64,000 nt of DNA from an uncultured Endomicrobiia bacterium. Its GTDB lineage: Bacteria > Elusimicrobiota > Endomicrobiia > DTEH01. Numbering within the stretch: position 1 is the stretch's first letter; each line of letters starts with the position of its first letter. The DNA lies in contig CALDDQ010000006.1 of the NCBI GenBank assembly GCA_937936785.1, positions 68,739 to 132,738 on the forward strand, written 5' to 3'. The translations under genes and the position numbers were made by a program. Positions 19,863 through 29,077 of the stretch are shown piece by piece. Below the pieces are notes generated by a model. The model ran no database searches, was not told the origin of the DNA, and saw nothing but the letters and a program-made list of their open reading frames with translations.

Positions 19863-20851
19863 TACAATCCTTCTTTTAAAATATCTCTTTCATCAATTAT
19901 GCCAACAACCACTAACTTTTTGTTCACTACAGGTAAATTGTCAAAATTAAATTCTTTCATCATTTCTTTAGCTTTCACTACTAAATCTGTTTCATAAATA
20001 AATTTTGGATTTTTTGTCATAACATCTTTTATTTTTTTATTTAACATATCTATATCATCACGAATTTTTCTTCTCAAATCTCCATCAGTAAAATATCCTA
20101 TTAATCTACCTTTATTATCAACAACACTTGTTGCACCAACACGACTTGATGTCATAACAATTATTGCATCTTTTACTTTAGTATTTTCTTTCACAACAGA
20201 TTTATATTTACCCTTGTGCATTAAATCTTTCACTCTGATATTAAGAATTTTTCCAAGTTTCCCAGATGGGTGTAATTTTGCAAAATCTTCTTTTTTAAAC
20301 CCACGCAATTGTGCTACTGTTATCCCAAGAGCATCACCAACCGCAAGCATTGCAGTAGTGGATGATGTTGGAACTATGCCATATGGACAGGCTTCTTTTG
20401 TAATTTTTGTATTAATAACAATATCAGAATTTTTTGCAAGTTTTGATTTTTTTTCACCTGTAAAAGATATTATTTTAATATTAAAATTTTTTAGAATTGG
20501 TAAAACATTTTTTATTTCTTCTGTTTCACCAGAATATGATAATACTAAAACTATATCCTCTTGTTTTATAGTTCCTAAATCACCATGAAGAAGTTCTACT
20601 GGATGCAAAAATATTGACGGAATGTTTATTGATGAAAATGTTGCAGCTAATTTCCGACCTATTAATCCAGATTTGCCAACTCCTAACACAATAAGTTTTC
20701 CTGATAAATCTCTCAACAACAACGCAGCTTTTATAAATTGTTTATCAATATGTTTTTTTTGTAACAAAATTTGTTTAGATTCAATTTCTATTATATTTTT
20801 TGCAAGATTTGTTATACTAAAATTTTTAGTATTTATTTTTTTTGTAACCAT
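19862..20851 (-). CDS. kdsD: arabinose-5-phosphate isomerase (SIS + tandem CBS domains)
   Basis: SIS motif 'VLGVGKSGLIGRKLAATF' and C-terminal CBS pair. 329 aa. Confidence 0.85.
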   Translation of the reverse strand: MVTKKINTKNFSITNLAKNIIEIESKQILLQKKHIDKQFIKAALLLRDLSGKLIVLGVGKSGLIGRKLAATFSSINIPSIFLHPVELLHGDLGTIKQEDIVLVLSYSGETEEIKNVLPILKNFNIKIISFTGEKKSKLAKNSDIVINTKITKEACPYGIVPTSSTTAMLAVGDALGITVAQLRGFKKEDFAKLHPSGKLGKILNIRVKDLMHKGKYKSVVKENTKVKDAIIVMTSSRVGATSVVDNKGRLIGYFTDGDLRRKIRDDIDMLNKKIKDVMTKNPKFIYETDLVVKAKEMMKEFNFDNLPVVNKKLVVVGIIDERDILKEGL

Positions 20852-21105
20852 GGTGTTATTTCCTTAGGTAATTCACGCATAAAAGGTTTTAATAAGTTGT
20901 TCAAAAGAAAAAATAATAATATCAACACGACATATATAACCAACAAAACTTTTATATGCCATATCCAAGTAGGTTTCCAGACTGGTTGTATTATTAGAGA
21001 TTGACCACATTTTTTACAAAATTTTGCTTCTGGTTTATTTTCTATATTACAATTAGGACATTTCATTTTTTTTTCTCCTAAAGTTAACTTATTTTTAAAT
21101 TTCAA
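20833..21105 (-). CDS. zinc-ribbon domain membrane protein (hypothetical)
   Basis: 'MKCPNCNIENKPEAKFCKKCGQ' C4 ribbon followed by one hydrophobic TM segment. Confidence 0.45.
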   Translation of the reverse strand: MKFKNKLTLGEKKMKCPNCNIENKPEAKFCKKCGQSLIIQPVWKPTWIWHIKVLLVIYVVLILLFFLLNNLLKPFMRELPKEITPWLQKK

Positions 21106-21112
21106 ATTTTTT

Positions 21113-22291
21113 CTATTCTACAACTATTTTTATAAAATTTAGTTTACCTATTTGTACAATTAACTCATTATAGTTTTCTAAATTAACCTCTATATTCTGG
21201 GTTACTTTCTGCTGGTTAATTTTTATCCCACCCTGATTTATTAAACGTTTTATTTCACTTTTTGATTTTATTATACCAGTTTTATTTATTAATTCTAACA
21301 AATCATATTTCTGTTTTTTTACTTTTATTTCTTTTATGTCATCAGGAATTTTTTTTTCTTTAAAAGTCTTATCAAAAATTTCTTTTTGTTTCACTGCAGT
21401 TTCTTTGCCATAATATTGACCTACAATTATTTGAGCTAAGTTTGATTTTGCATTTCTTGGATCAGTCTCGCAAAAATGTTTTATTATTTTCATATCTTCA
21501 TCTGTTAACAACTCGTAATATCTCAACATTAAATTATCCGGTATTGACATTATTTTTCCAAACATATCCTGTGGTGATTCTGTAATAGAAATATAGTTAT
21601 TATACGATTTTGACATTTTACGAACTCCATCAGTTCCTTCTAACAATGGCATTGTTAATATAACTTGTGGTTTTTGTCCTACATCCTTCTGTAACTCACG
21701 ACCTACAATTAAATTAAATTTCTGATCATTGCCACCTAATTCTACATCGGCTTTTATTGATACAGAATCATATCCTTGTAACAATGGATAAATAAATTCT
21801 AATATTGTTATTGGAGTATTGTTTTTAAATCGTTTTTCAAAATCGTCCCTCTCTAACATTCTTGCAACAGTATATTTTGAACATAAATTTAATATACCAT
21901 CAACACCTAACGACCCCAACCATCTGCTGTTATAAACTACCTCTGTTTTGTCTTTGTCCAAAATTTTAAACACTTGATCTTGATAAGTTTTTGCATTATG
22001 CAAGATTTCCACTTCTGTAAGCATTGGTCTGGTTGAATCTCTACCTGAAGGATCTCCAACTTTTGCTGTAAAATCTCCTATTATAAAAACTATTTTATGT
22101 CCTAAATCCTGAAATTGTTTTAACTTACGTAAAATTACTGTATGGCCAAGATGTAAATCTTTTGAAGTAGGATCTACCCCAAGTTTTACCACTAATGGTT
22201 TGGCTAATAACAACTTTTCTTTTAATTCTTGTACGGAAACTATATCTGAAATTCCACGCAATAAAATTTCCAATTGTTGTTCTATGTTCAT
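21113..22291 (-). CDS. tyrS: tyrosine--tRNA ligase
   Basis: 'HLGH' (DLHLGHTV) and 'KMSKS' class I motifs. C-terminal S4-like domain. Confidence 0.9.
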   Translation of the reverse strand: MNIEQQLEILLRGISDIVSVQELKEKLLLAKPLVVKLGVDPTSKDLHLGHTVILRKLKQFQDLGHKIVFIIGDFTAKVGDPSGRDSTRPMLTEVEILHNAKTYQDQVFKILDKDKTEVVYNSRWLGSLGVDGILNLCSKYTVARMLERDDFEKRFKNNTPITILEFIYPLLQGYDSVSIKADVELGGNDQKFNLIVGRELQKDVGQKPQVILTMPLLEGTDGVRKMSKSYNNYISITESPQDMFGKIMSIPDNLMLRYYELLTDEDMKIIKHFCETDPRNAKSNLAQIIVGQYYGKETAVKQKEIFDKTFKEKKIPDDIKEIKVKKQKYDLLELINKTGIIKSKSEIKRLINQGGIKINQQKVTQNIEVNLENYNELIVQIGKLNFIKIVVE

Positions 22292-22773
22292 ACCTTTATT
22301 TTTTCTTTTAATAACTGTATCAATCTTTTATCTGAATCATAGGATAAAATTTTTTCTACTTTATCTAAACTTACCCATTCAACACTTTGAATTTTTTCTT
22401 CTGTTTTGTCTGGAGATAGTTTATCAACTTCCTTCTCAGAAACAGGTTTCATAATAAACCAACTAACTGTTTTATATATTTTTGTGTTATTAAAAATAAA
22501 CCAATAATTCACATCATCAAGTTTTTCTACAATCTCTGCTTTTAAACCTGTTTCTTCTTCAACTTCTCTAATTGCAGCTTGCTTTCTACTCTCACCTTTC
22601 TCGATATGTCCTTTTGGAAATGTAAAAACTGTTTCTGCTTTTAAATTTTTTGTTTTAATTACTAAAACACTGTTGTTATAAATTACAACCCCGCCTGCTG
22701 AATGTTCATTACTGGTTTTTATAGTATTAACATCCATAAATTTATTATACCTATCTTTTGTCAAATTTATCAA
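22288..22773 (-). CDS. NUDIX hydrolase
   Basis: Nudix box 'GHIEKGESRKQAAIREVEEETGL'. Confidence 0.8.
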   Translation of the reverse strand: MINLTKDRYNKFMDVNTIKTSNEHSAGGVVIYNNSVLVIKTKNLKAETVFTFPKGHIEKGESRKQAAIREVEEETGLKAEIVEKLDDVNYWFIFNNTKIYKTVSWFIMKPVSEKEVDKLSPDKTEEKIQSVEWVSLDKVEKILSYDSDKRLIQLLKEKIKV

Positions 22774-23269
22774 TAAACATTATTTCTTCTATAGGTTTTT
22801 TAGTAATATTTTGAACTTGTTCTAAAACTTTCTCTTCAACATAACCTAATGGTATAATGCTTATTAACTTATAATTTTCTGGAACATTTAAAACTTTTTT
22901 AACTTCTTGAGCATAATCTTTTTTATCTCCAGCAACCCAACAACTTCCTAACCCATAATATCGTGCTGATAACAAAATATTTTCTGTTGCAGCACAACCA
23001 TCTTCTAAATAATATTTTACATCATCACAAAAAATTGTTATACAAACATCTGCTTGTGATATAAAACTTCCATTTCGTCCTGTAATTTGTGCAATTTTAT
23101 TTTTTAATTCTTTATTTCTTACTACCACAAAAATCCATGGTTGAACATTGTTTGCTGTAGGAGCTAACCGTGCACAATTTATTATTTCTTTGATAATTTT
23201 ATCTTCAACCTTTTTTTCTGCAAAAGTTCTAATACTTCGTCTTGTTTTTAACATTTCTATTCCATCCAT
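22751..23269 (-). CDS. nitroreductase-family protein
   Basis: 'RRSIRTF...' N-terminus and 'ANNVQPW' FMN-binding region. 172 aa. Confidence 0.7.
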   Translation of the reverse strand: MDGIEMLKTRRSIRTFAEKKVEDKIIKEIINCARLAPTANNVQPWIFVVVRNKELKNKIAQITGRNGSFISQADVCITIFCDDVKYYLEDGCAATENILLSARYYGLGSCWVAGDKKDYAQEVKKVLNVPENYKLISIIPLGYVEEKVLEQVQNITKKPIEEIMFIDKFDKR

Positions 23270-23289
23270 TTTTGTCCTCCATTAAAAAA

Positions 23290-24444
23290 TTAAATTAATA
23301 CCAGTATCATAACAAACGATATAAAAGAAATTATACTACTAAAAATAAATGGTGCTTGATGCCCTACTAAATCCCATAAACTACCAGCTATTAAGCTTGA
23401 AGGAAACAACATCATTCCTGTGAAAGTATACTGTAAACCTAACACCGAAGCTTTATGTTCTTCTGGAGAAAGTTCAGATAAAAAAGCTTTCTCCTGTCCT
23501 TCAACTAAACTCATATAAATCCCATAAATTAAAAATAATATCCATATAAAACTTTTCGTTTTAACATTTATTAGTCCAAATAATAAGTATACCAAACTAT
23601 AAATCAAATATCCAATCATTATAACTTTTTTTTTACCGATATTATCTCCAACAACTCCCGCTGGATAAGAAAATAAAAAATATGATAAGTTATATACCAA
23701 ATAAAATAATATTATATAACTTGCATCAAAACCTATACTTTTTGATTTTAACAATAAAAACTGGTTTGAAGAATTTCCTATTGCAAATATTGTAGAAATT
23801 AAAATATAAATTTTTGTTTTTTGTGGTATATATTTATAAAATTTTATACTAACTTTTTTAATCTCATCATTCTTTTTGTCAATGTTGCCACTATCTTTAA
23901 CAAAAAACAAAAACACTACTCCTATAACCGCTGGTATTGTAGCATATAAGAATATTTTTTTGTACACATTAAAATCGTTTATATATTTTTGAATAAAAAA
24001 ATATACTATCAAAATTCCACATATTGCACCTAAAGTATCCATTGAACGATGTAACCCAAACACACGCCCTTTTTTTTCTTCGCTAGTAGATTCAGCAATT
24101 AAAGCATCTCTTGGAGAAGTTCTAACACCTTTTCCAAACCTGTCAATAACACGAGCAAAAAGTACCAAAGGCCATGTGTTACTTAGAAATAAAAACAGTT
24201 TTCCTAGTGCAGAACCAAAATATCCTAATAATACAAATATTTTACGTTTTCTATATTTATCAGATATTGTTCCTGAAAAAATTTTTATTATATTAGCAAT
24301 ACTCTCTGCAATGCCTTCTATGAGGCCTATTAAAGTGTATGGTGTTCCTAAAGATGTAAGATAAATACCAATTAGCGGATAAATCATCTCCGACGAAATG
24401 TCTGTAAACAAACTTACAAAACCTAATAACACAATATTTCTCAT
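23290..24444 (-). CDS. MFS transporter
   Basis: 384 aa, about 12 predicted TM segments, and an MFS loop 2-3 motif 'DRFGKGVR'. Confidence 0.7.
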   Translation of the reverse strand: MRNIVLLGFVSLFTDISSEMIYPLIGIYLTSLGTPYTLIGLIEGIAESIANIIKIFSGTISDKYRKRKIFVLLGYFGSALGKLFLFLSNTWPLVLFARVIDRFGKGVRTSPRDALIAESTSEEKKGRVFGLHRSMDTLGAICGILIVYFFIQKYINDFNVYKKIFLYATIPAVIGVVFLFFVKDSGNIDKKNDEIKKVSIKFYKYIPQKTKIYILISTIFAIGNSSNQFLLLKSKSIGFDASYIILFYLVYNLSYFLFSYPAGVVGDNIGKKKVIMIGYLIYSLVYLLFGLINVKTKSFIWILFLIYGIYMSLVEGQEKAFLSELSPEEHKASVLGLQYTFTGMMLFPSSLIAGSLWDLVGHQAPFIFSSIISFISFVMILVLI

Positions 24445-24612
24445 AGTTTGTTAGTATATAAAAATATTGTGTTATCTTCAAGATCTATATTTTCATTTTT
24501 TTAGAAAAGTTTTTGCACTATTAATTAGCAGAAATATAATTTTCAATCTTTTTTTGAATTTCTTTTCTTGTAGAAACTAATAATGTACTAAAAACTACTT
24601 CTTGGACAAGTT

Positions 24613-26607
24613 TTAATTAAACGAATAAATTCTTTCTGGTAACAATGTTTTCTCTACTAAAATTTTTTTCTTGATAAGTTTGGCTATTGATTCTTTAATA
24701 ACATTTTCCTCAGGATATAAGTATTTTAAAAGGTTAAATTTAAAATCTCGTCCTATAGCAGAAGCTATCTGCAAAACTTCTTTTGTTTTAATATCTAACT
24801 GATCTACTTGACACATTACTGCTACATAAATTTTTTGTGGGATATCAATCTTATTTATTTGTCCACTTATTGAAAACCCATCACCATTATTCAATATTGC
24901 TCTTGTTTCTATTAAATTGTTCACCAAAGCTTCTACAAACAATGGTACCCCTTCAGCGTTTTGTAGTATTATATCTTTGACATTTTTTAATATCATATTT
25001 TCTCCCAAAAGATTATCCAACAACTTGTTTGAACAACCAATTGTCATTTCAGGCAACATAATCTCTCTAAAATAATTTTTTTTGCTCCAAGGAATTTGTG
25101 TATCAGGCAATGATGTTGTTATAACCAACAACTGTTTTGTCTCACAAAGATCTACTATAGACTCGAACAACGTTAGCAAAGTTGCATTTGCATAATTTAA
25201 GTCTTCTAAAAAAATTATTAGTGGTTCATTCTTTAATATTTCTACCAGAACTTGTTTTATTCCTGTATTAACAAATTTATTTTCTTTAACATCATATACA
25301 ACAACCATTGATCCTTGTTGTCCATAAGGTAAACATCTAAATTCAAAATATCGTATTCCTAATTGTTGTACATATTTTGATAGTTCATACATCAATCTTG
25401 ATTTCCCAAAACCATACTGTCCTGTAATAGATACTGCATAACCATTGTGTGAATTTTCTACAGAAACATCTTTTATCCTATCTATAAAATTTTTAGTAAA
25501 ATTATATTCTCGTTCAGGAATAATGTATGGCGAAATTTTATTATTAACAGATATAAAATTATATCTCAAATATTTTGCTCCTTTTAATTCATATATGTTT
25601 AAAGCATCCTGTTTACCTTTCACATTTATCGATGGAAGTTTATAAAACACAAACTCGTTCTTAGAATATTTGTAAGTTTCTTCAGAAATAACAATCTGGT
25701 TTGGTAGAGCAATTGTTTGCAACCTTGATGCCACATTAACAGTATCTCCCATGACAGTATACTCACTTCTCGTTTCAGAACCCATTTCACCAGCAACAAC
25801 TTCACCAGTATTTATTCCAATACGAATTTGTAATTTTTGTGGTAATTCAGCATGTGTTTTATTAAACTCTTGTAATTTATATAACATCATTAATGCAGTT
25901 TTAAGTGCACGCTGCGGATCATCCTCGTGAGTTATTGGTATCCCAAAAAGTGCCATTATAGCATCTCCAATAAATTTGTCAATAACACCACCATACATAT
26001 TTATTGCTTCAACAAAACCTTTAAAACATTCGTTTACAACTTTTTTAACATCTTCAGGATCCATCTGTTCAGCCATAGAAGTAAATCCTGTCAAATCTGC
26101 AAATAAAACAGTAACAATTCGTCTTTCACCTTCGGAAAATTTTGGGCCATAAATTATTTTATCTAACATTTCTTTTGGCAAAAATTTTTGTAATTGAGCA
26201 ATTCGTGCTTCAATAATTTTTTCTTCTCTTTGAACACGGCGCAAAGCTACTTTTACTCTTGCAATTAATTCACTAGAGTTGAACGGTTTTGTAACATAAT
26301 CATCAGCTCCTGTCTCTAACCCTTTAATTTTATTATCACTAGAACCTAAACTGGTACACATTATTACTGGAATGTGCATTGTTGTAGAATCGTTTTTTAT
26401 AATTCTTAGCACGTCCACTCCTTCCATATCAGGTAACTGCCAATCAAGAACAACAAGATCTGGTTGAATCTCTTTTACTTTTTTTATTCCTGTTTCGCCA
26501 TCATCTGCAGATGAAACATCGTATCCTTCATCATTTAAAAGTTCCACAATTAATCTTTGAATATCTATCTCATCATCAATAACAAGTATTTTAAATTTTG
26601 TGCCCAT
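24613..26607 (-). CDS. receiver (REC) - class III adenylate/guanylate cyclase - STAND/AAA ATPase fusion protein
   Basis: REC: 'ILVIDDE...DLVVLDWQLPDMEG'. Cyclase: 'VTVLFADLTGFTSMAE' and 'GDTVNVASRL'. ATPase: P-loop 'GQYGFGKSRL' and 'AEGVPLFVEAL', typical of cyclase-associated ATPase domains. No C-terminal TPR/HTH domain. Confidence 0.8.
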   Translation of the reverse strand: MGTKFKILVIDDEIDIQRLIVELLNDEGYDVSSADDGETGIKKVKEIQPDLVVLDWQLPDMEGVDVLRIIKNDSTTMHIPVIMCTSLGSSDNKIKGLETGADDYVTKPFNSSELIARVKVALRRVQREEKIIEARIAQLQKFLPKEMLDKIIYGPKFSEGERRIVTVLFADLTGFTSMAEQMDPEDVKKVVNECFKGFVEAINMYGGVIDKFIGDAIMALFGIPITHEDDPQRALKTALMMLYKLQEFNKTHAELPQKLQIRIGINTGEVVAGEMGSETRSEYTVMGDTVNVASRLQTIALPNQIVISEETYKYSKNEFVFYKLPSINVKGKQDALNIYELKGAKYLRYNFISVNNKISPYIIPEREYNFTKNFIDRIKDVSVENSHNGYAVSITGQYGFGKSRLMYELSKYVQQLGIRYFEFRCLPYGQQGSMVVVYDVKENKFVNTGIKQVLVEILKNEPLIIFLEDLNYANATLLTLFESIVDLCETKQLLVITTSLPDTQIPWSKKNYFREIMLPEMTIGCSNKLLDNLLGENMILKNVKDIILQNAEGVPLFVEALVNNLIETRAILNNGDGFSISGQINKIDIPQKIYVAVMCQVDQLDIKTKEVLQIASAIGRDFKFNLLKYLYPEENVIKESIAKLIKKKILVEKTLLPERIYSFN

Positions 26608-26623
26608 ATTTTTTTTATCAATA

Positions 26624-27367
26624 TTAAACTAATTTTTTAATATTGTCCAACAACTCTTTTTCAGAAAGTGGTTTTGTAAAATATTCTGACGCACCGTATA
26701 ACAACGCTTTTTGTCTGTATCCTTTTAAATCATAACCAGTAATAACTATTATTGGTATATGTTGTGTAACCTTGTCACGTTTCAAAATTTTCATCACAGA
26801 AAAACCATCCATACCAGGCATATGTAAATCTAACAAAATCAAATCTGGCAATTTTTGTTTTGCATATGTTACACCATCTGGTCCATTATCTACTATTTCT
26901 ACCATATAATTTTCCGAACCTAAGTATTCTTTTATATAACCAGACGTATCCTTTTCATCATCAATAATTAATACATGTTTCTTTTTATCAGCAGTTTTTT
27001 CAAGACCATTCTCAACATTTTTTATACTTTTATACAACTCACCAAACTCTATCGGCTTTGACAAAAAATCCACTGCACCAAGATAATATCCCCTTTCTTT
27101 CTGAATACCTTCAACTATTGAAATAAATATAACTGGAATATTTTGTGTTTCAGGATCTTTTTTTAACATCTCTAAAACTTGAAACCCGTTCATCTGTGGC
27201 ATCATTATGTCTAAAGTTATTAAATCAGGTTTGAATTGTTTAACTTTTTTTGATGCTTCATCTCCACTATATGCAACTTCTACATCATATCCTTCAAATT
27301 CTAAGTTGATTTTTATCAAATTTGCAATTGAATGTTCGTCATCTACTACCAAAATTTTTTTTATCAT
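26624..27367 (-). CDS. tandem-receiver response regulator (REC-REC, no output domain)
   Basis: Two CheY-like domains, each with DD...D...K residues: 'ILVVDDEHS...LITLDIMMP' and 'VLIIDDEKD...LILLDLHMPGMDG'. Confidence 0.8.
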   Translation of the reverse strand: MIKKILVVDDEHSIANLIKINLEFEGYDVEVAYSGDEASKKVKQFKPDLITLDIMMPQMNGFQVLEMLKKDPETQNIPVIFISIVEGIQKERGYYLGAVDFLSKPIEFGELYKSIKNVENGLEKTADKKKHVLIIDDEKDTSGYIKEYLGSENYMVEIVDNGPDGVTYAKQKLPDLILLDLHMPGMDGFSVMKILKRDKVTQHIPIIVITGYDLKGYRQKALLYGASEYFTKPLSEKELLDNIKKLV

Positions 27368-27390
27368 AAACTAAATTCTCCGTTAGTTTT

Positions 27391-29046
27391 TTATCTTTTA
27401 AAAAATTTTGTTAATGTATCGTATAATTGCATTATTTCTTCTTTTGAAACTTTTTTTATAAGATTGTTTATTTTACCTTTTTTTTCATTAAAAACTTGTT
27501 CGTTTACAAAAAGTTTCATCAATGGAACTTTTTCTATAATATGGTCCAACTTTAACAAAATATCTTTATTAACTTTGTTCTCCAATATTAAAATTATTGC
27601 CTTAGATTCTGGAGTTATTTTAATGTTTTTATTCGGAAATAACACTTCAATAACACTTTTTGAAACAAGTTTACTTGCTAAATATAATCCTTCATCTGTA
27701 ACATGTAAATTTTCGTCTGTACTAACAATTTTTTCTTTATCAGGTTGAATCTCATCATCTCTAATTTCTGTTTCTTTTATTTCTTGAACAAATTCTGTAT
27801 TTATCTGCTTTTGTTCTGCTTCTTTTTGTTCTTGTACTACATTTTCAATTTCTTTATCATGATGAGAAATATCTTCTACTAAATTTTCATTTTTAAGTTC
27901 TGGAACAATTTTTTCTTCTTGTATACTTAACTCTTCTATAATTACTTGTTGATTGCCAATATCTGTGTTTTTTTCAATTGTTGGGTAATCAACAGGTTTT
28001 TCTATCTTTTGTTCTTGTTTATCTAAACCTTGTGGTTCTGACGTTTTTTTTAAATTACTTTGTTCAATTGATTCACCTGTTATATTTTGCATTTTATCTT
28101 CATTTTTAGTATCCAAAAACATTGTAAAATCCGGAGGTAATAATGAAGTTTCAACACTTGAACTAATATTTTCTGTTTCTTTATTAGTTATAACTTCTTC
28201 TACTGAATTATCATCTAAAATATTTTTTTCTTGTATATTCTGTTCCACAATATCTTGTTGTTCTATAACAGACATCTTATCTTCATCTCTTTTTTCATAA
28301 AATATTTCGTTAGTTGTTTCAGATGGTTGATTATCATGAATTTTTGGAATAATTTCTTCCAACACAGATAATTCTTCTGGTATTACATTGAAATCATCAG
28401 TAACAACAACAGGTTCATTTTTTATTAAACTATTATCAATTACTGACTGTTCAGTATTTGCTACAAATTGTTCATTGTTTGAACTAACAAAAAAATTTTT
28501 TTCTGATTGAATTTGATCTTGACCTTTTGGTTCAGGGACAAAATTTTCTGTTTCTAATTCTACAACTTTATTCTCTTGGTCAGGTTTTGTTTTTTCAATA
28601 ACATCTTTAGATTCTTTAGAAATAGTTTCTGTATTTATAGATTCTTGCATACTTGATTGCTCTAAACCTTTTTTATTAATATCACCTAAAACTTTTTTTA
28701 CTACAGCAACAATTTTTTCTTCTTCATATGGTTTCTGAATAAAATCTTTTGCATCAAATTTTATTAGCATTTGCATTTCTTGATCAAATTTTCTACCGGT
28801 AACCATAACAACAGGAATATTTCTTGTTTCCTGTATACTTTTTAATTTTTGTAAAAGTTCATAACCAGTCAAAAAAGGCATATTGTTATCTGTAATAATC
28901 ATATCAGGTTTTTTTTCTTTTGCAACGACAACTGCTTCTTCTCCATCTGATGCTTCTAAAACTTCTATGTCATAAGGTTCTAAGTATATTTTTACAAGGT
29001 TTCTTAAATCTTCTTCATCTTCAGCAATTAAAACTTTTTTTGTCAT
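27391..29046 (-). CDS. response regulator with N-terminal REC, about 330-aa acidic low-complexity linker and an uncharacterised C-terminal domain
   Basis: REC: 'VLIAEDEEDL...DMIITDNNMP'. Then an E/Q/K/N/D-rich disordered segment. C-terminal about 110 aa of unknown fold. Confidence 0.65.
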   Translation of the reverse strand: MTKKVLIAEDEEDLRNLVKIYLEPYDIEVLEASDGEEAVVVAKEKKPDMIITDNNMPFLTGYELLQKLKSIQETRNIPVVMVTGRKFDQEMQMLIKFDAKDFIQKPYEEEKIVAVVKKVLGDINKKGLEQSSMQESINTETISKESKDVIEKTKPDQENKVVELETENFVPEPKGQDQIQSEKNFFVSSNNEQFVANTEQSVIDNSLIKNEPVVVTDDFNVIPEELSVLEEIIPKIHDNQPSETTNEIFYEKRDEDKMSVIEQQDIVEQNIQEKNILDDNSVEEVITNKETENISSSVETSLLPPDFTMFLDTKNEDKMQNITGESIEQSNLKKTSEPQGLDKQEQKIEKPVDYPTIEKNTDIGNQQVIIEELSIQEEKIVPELKNENLVEDISHHDKEIENVVQEQKEAEQKQINTEFVQEIKETEIRDDEIQPDKEKIVSTDENLHVTDEGLYLASKLVSKSVIEVLFPNKNIKITPESKAIILILENKVNKDILLKLDHIIEKVPLMKLFVNEQVFNEKKGKINNLIKKVSKEEIMQLYDTLTKFFKR

Positions 29047-29077
29047 TATTTTACCTCATAAACTTGATTTATTGTAT

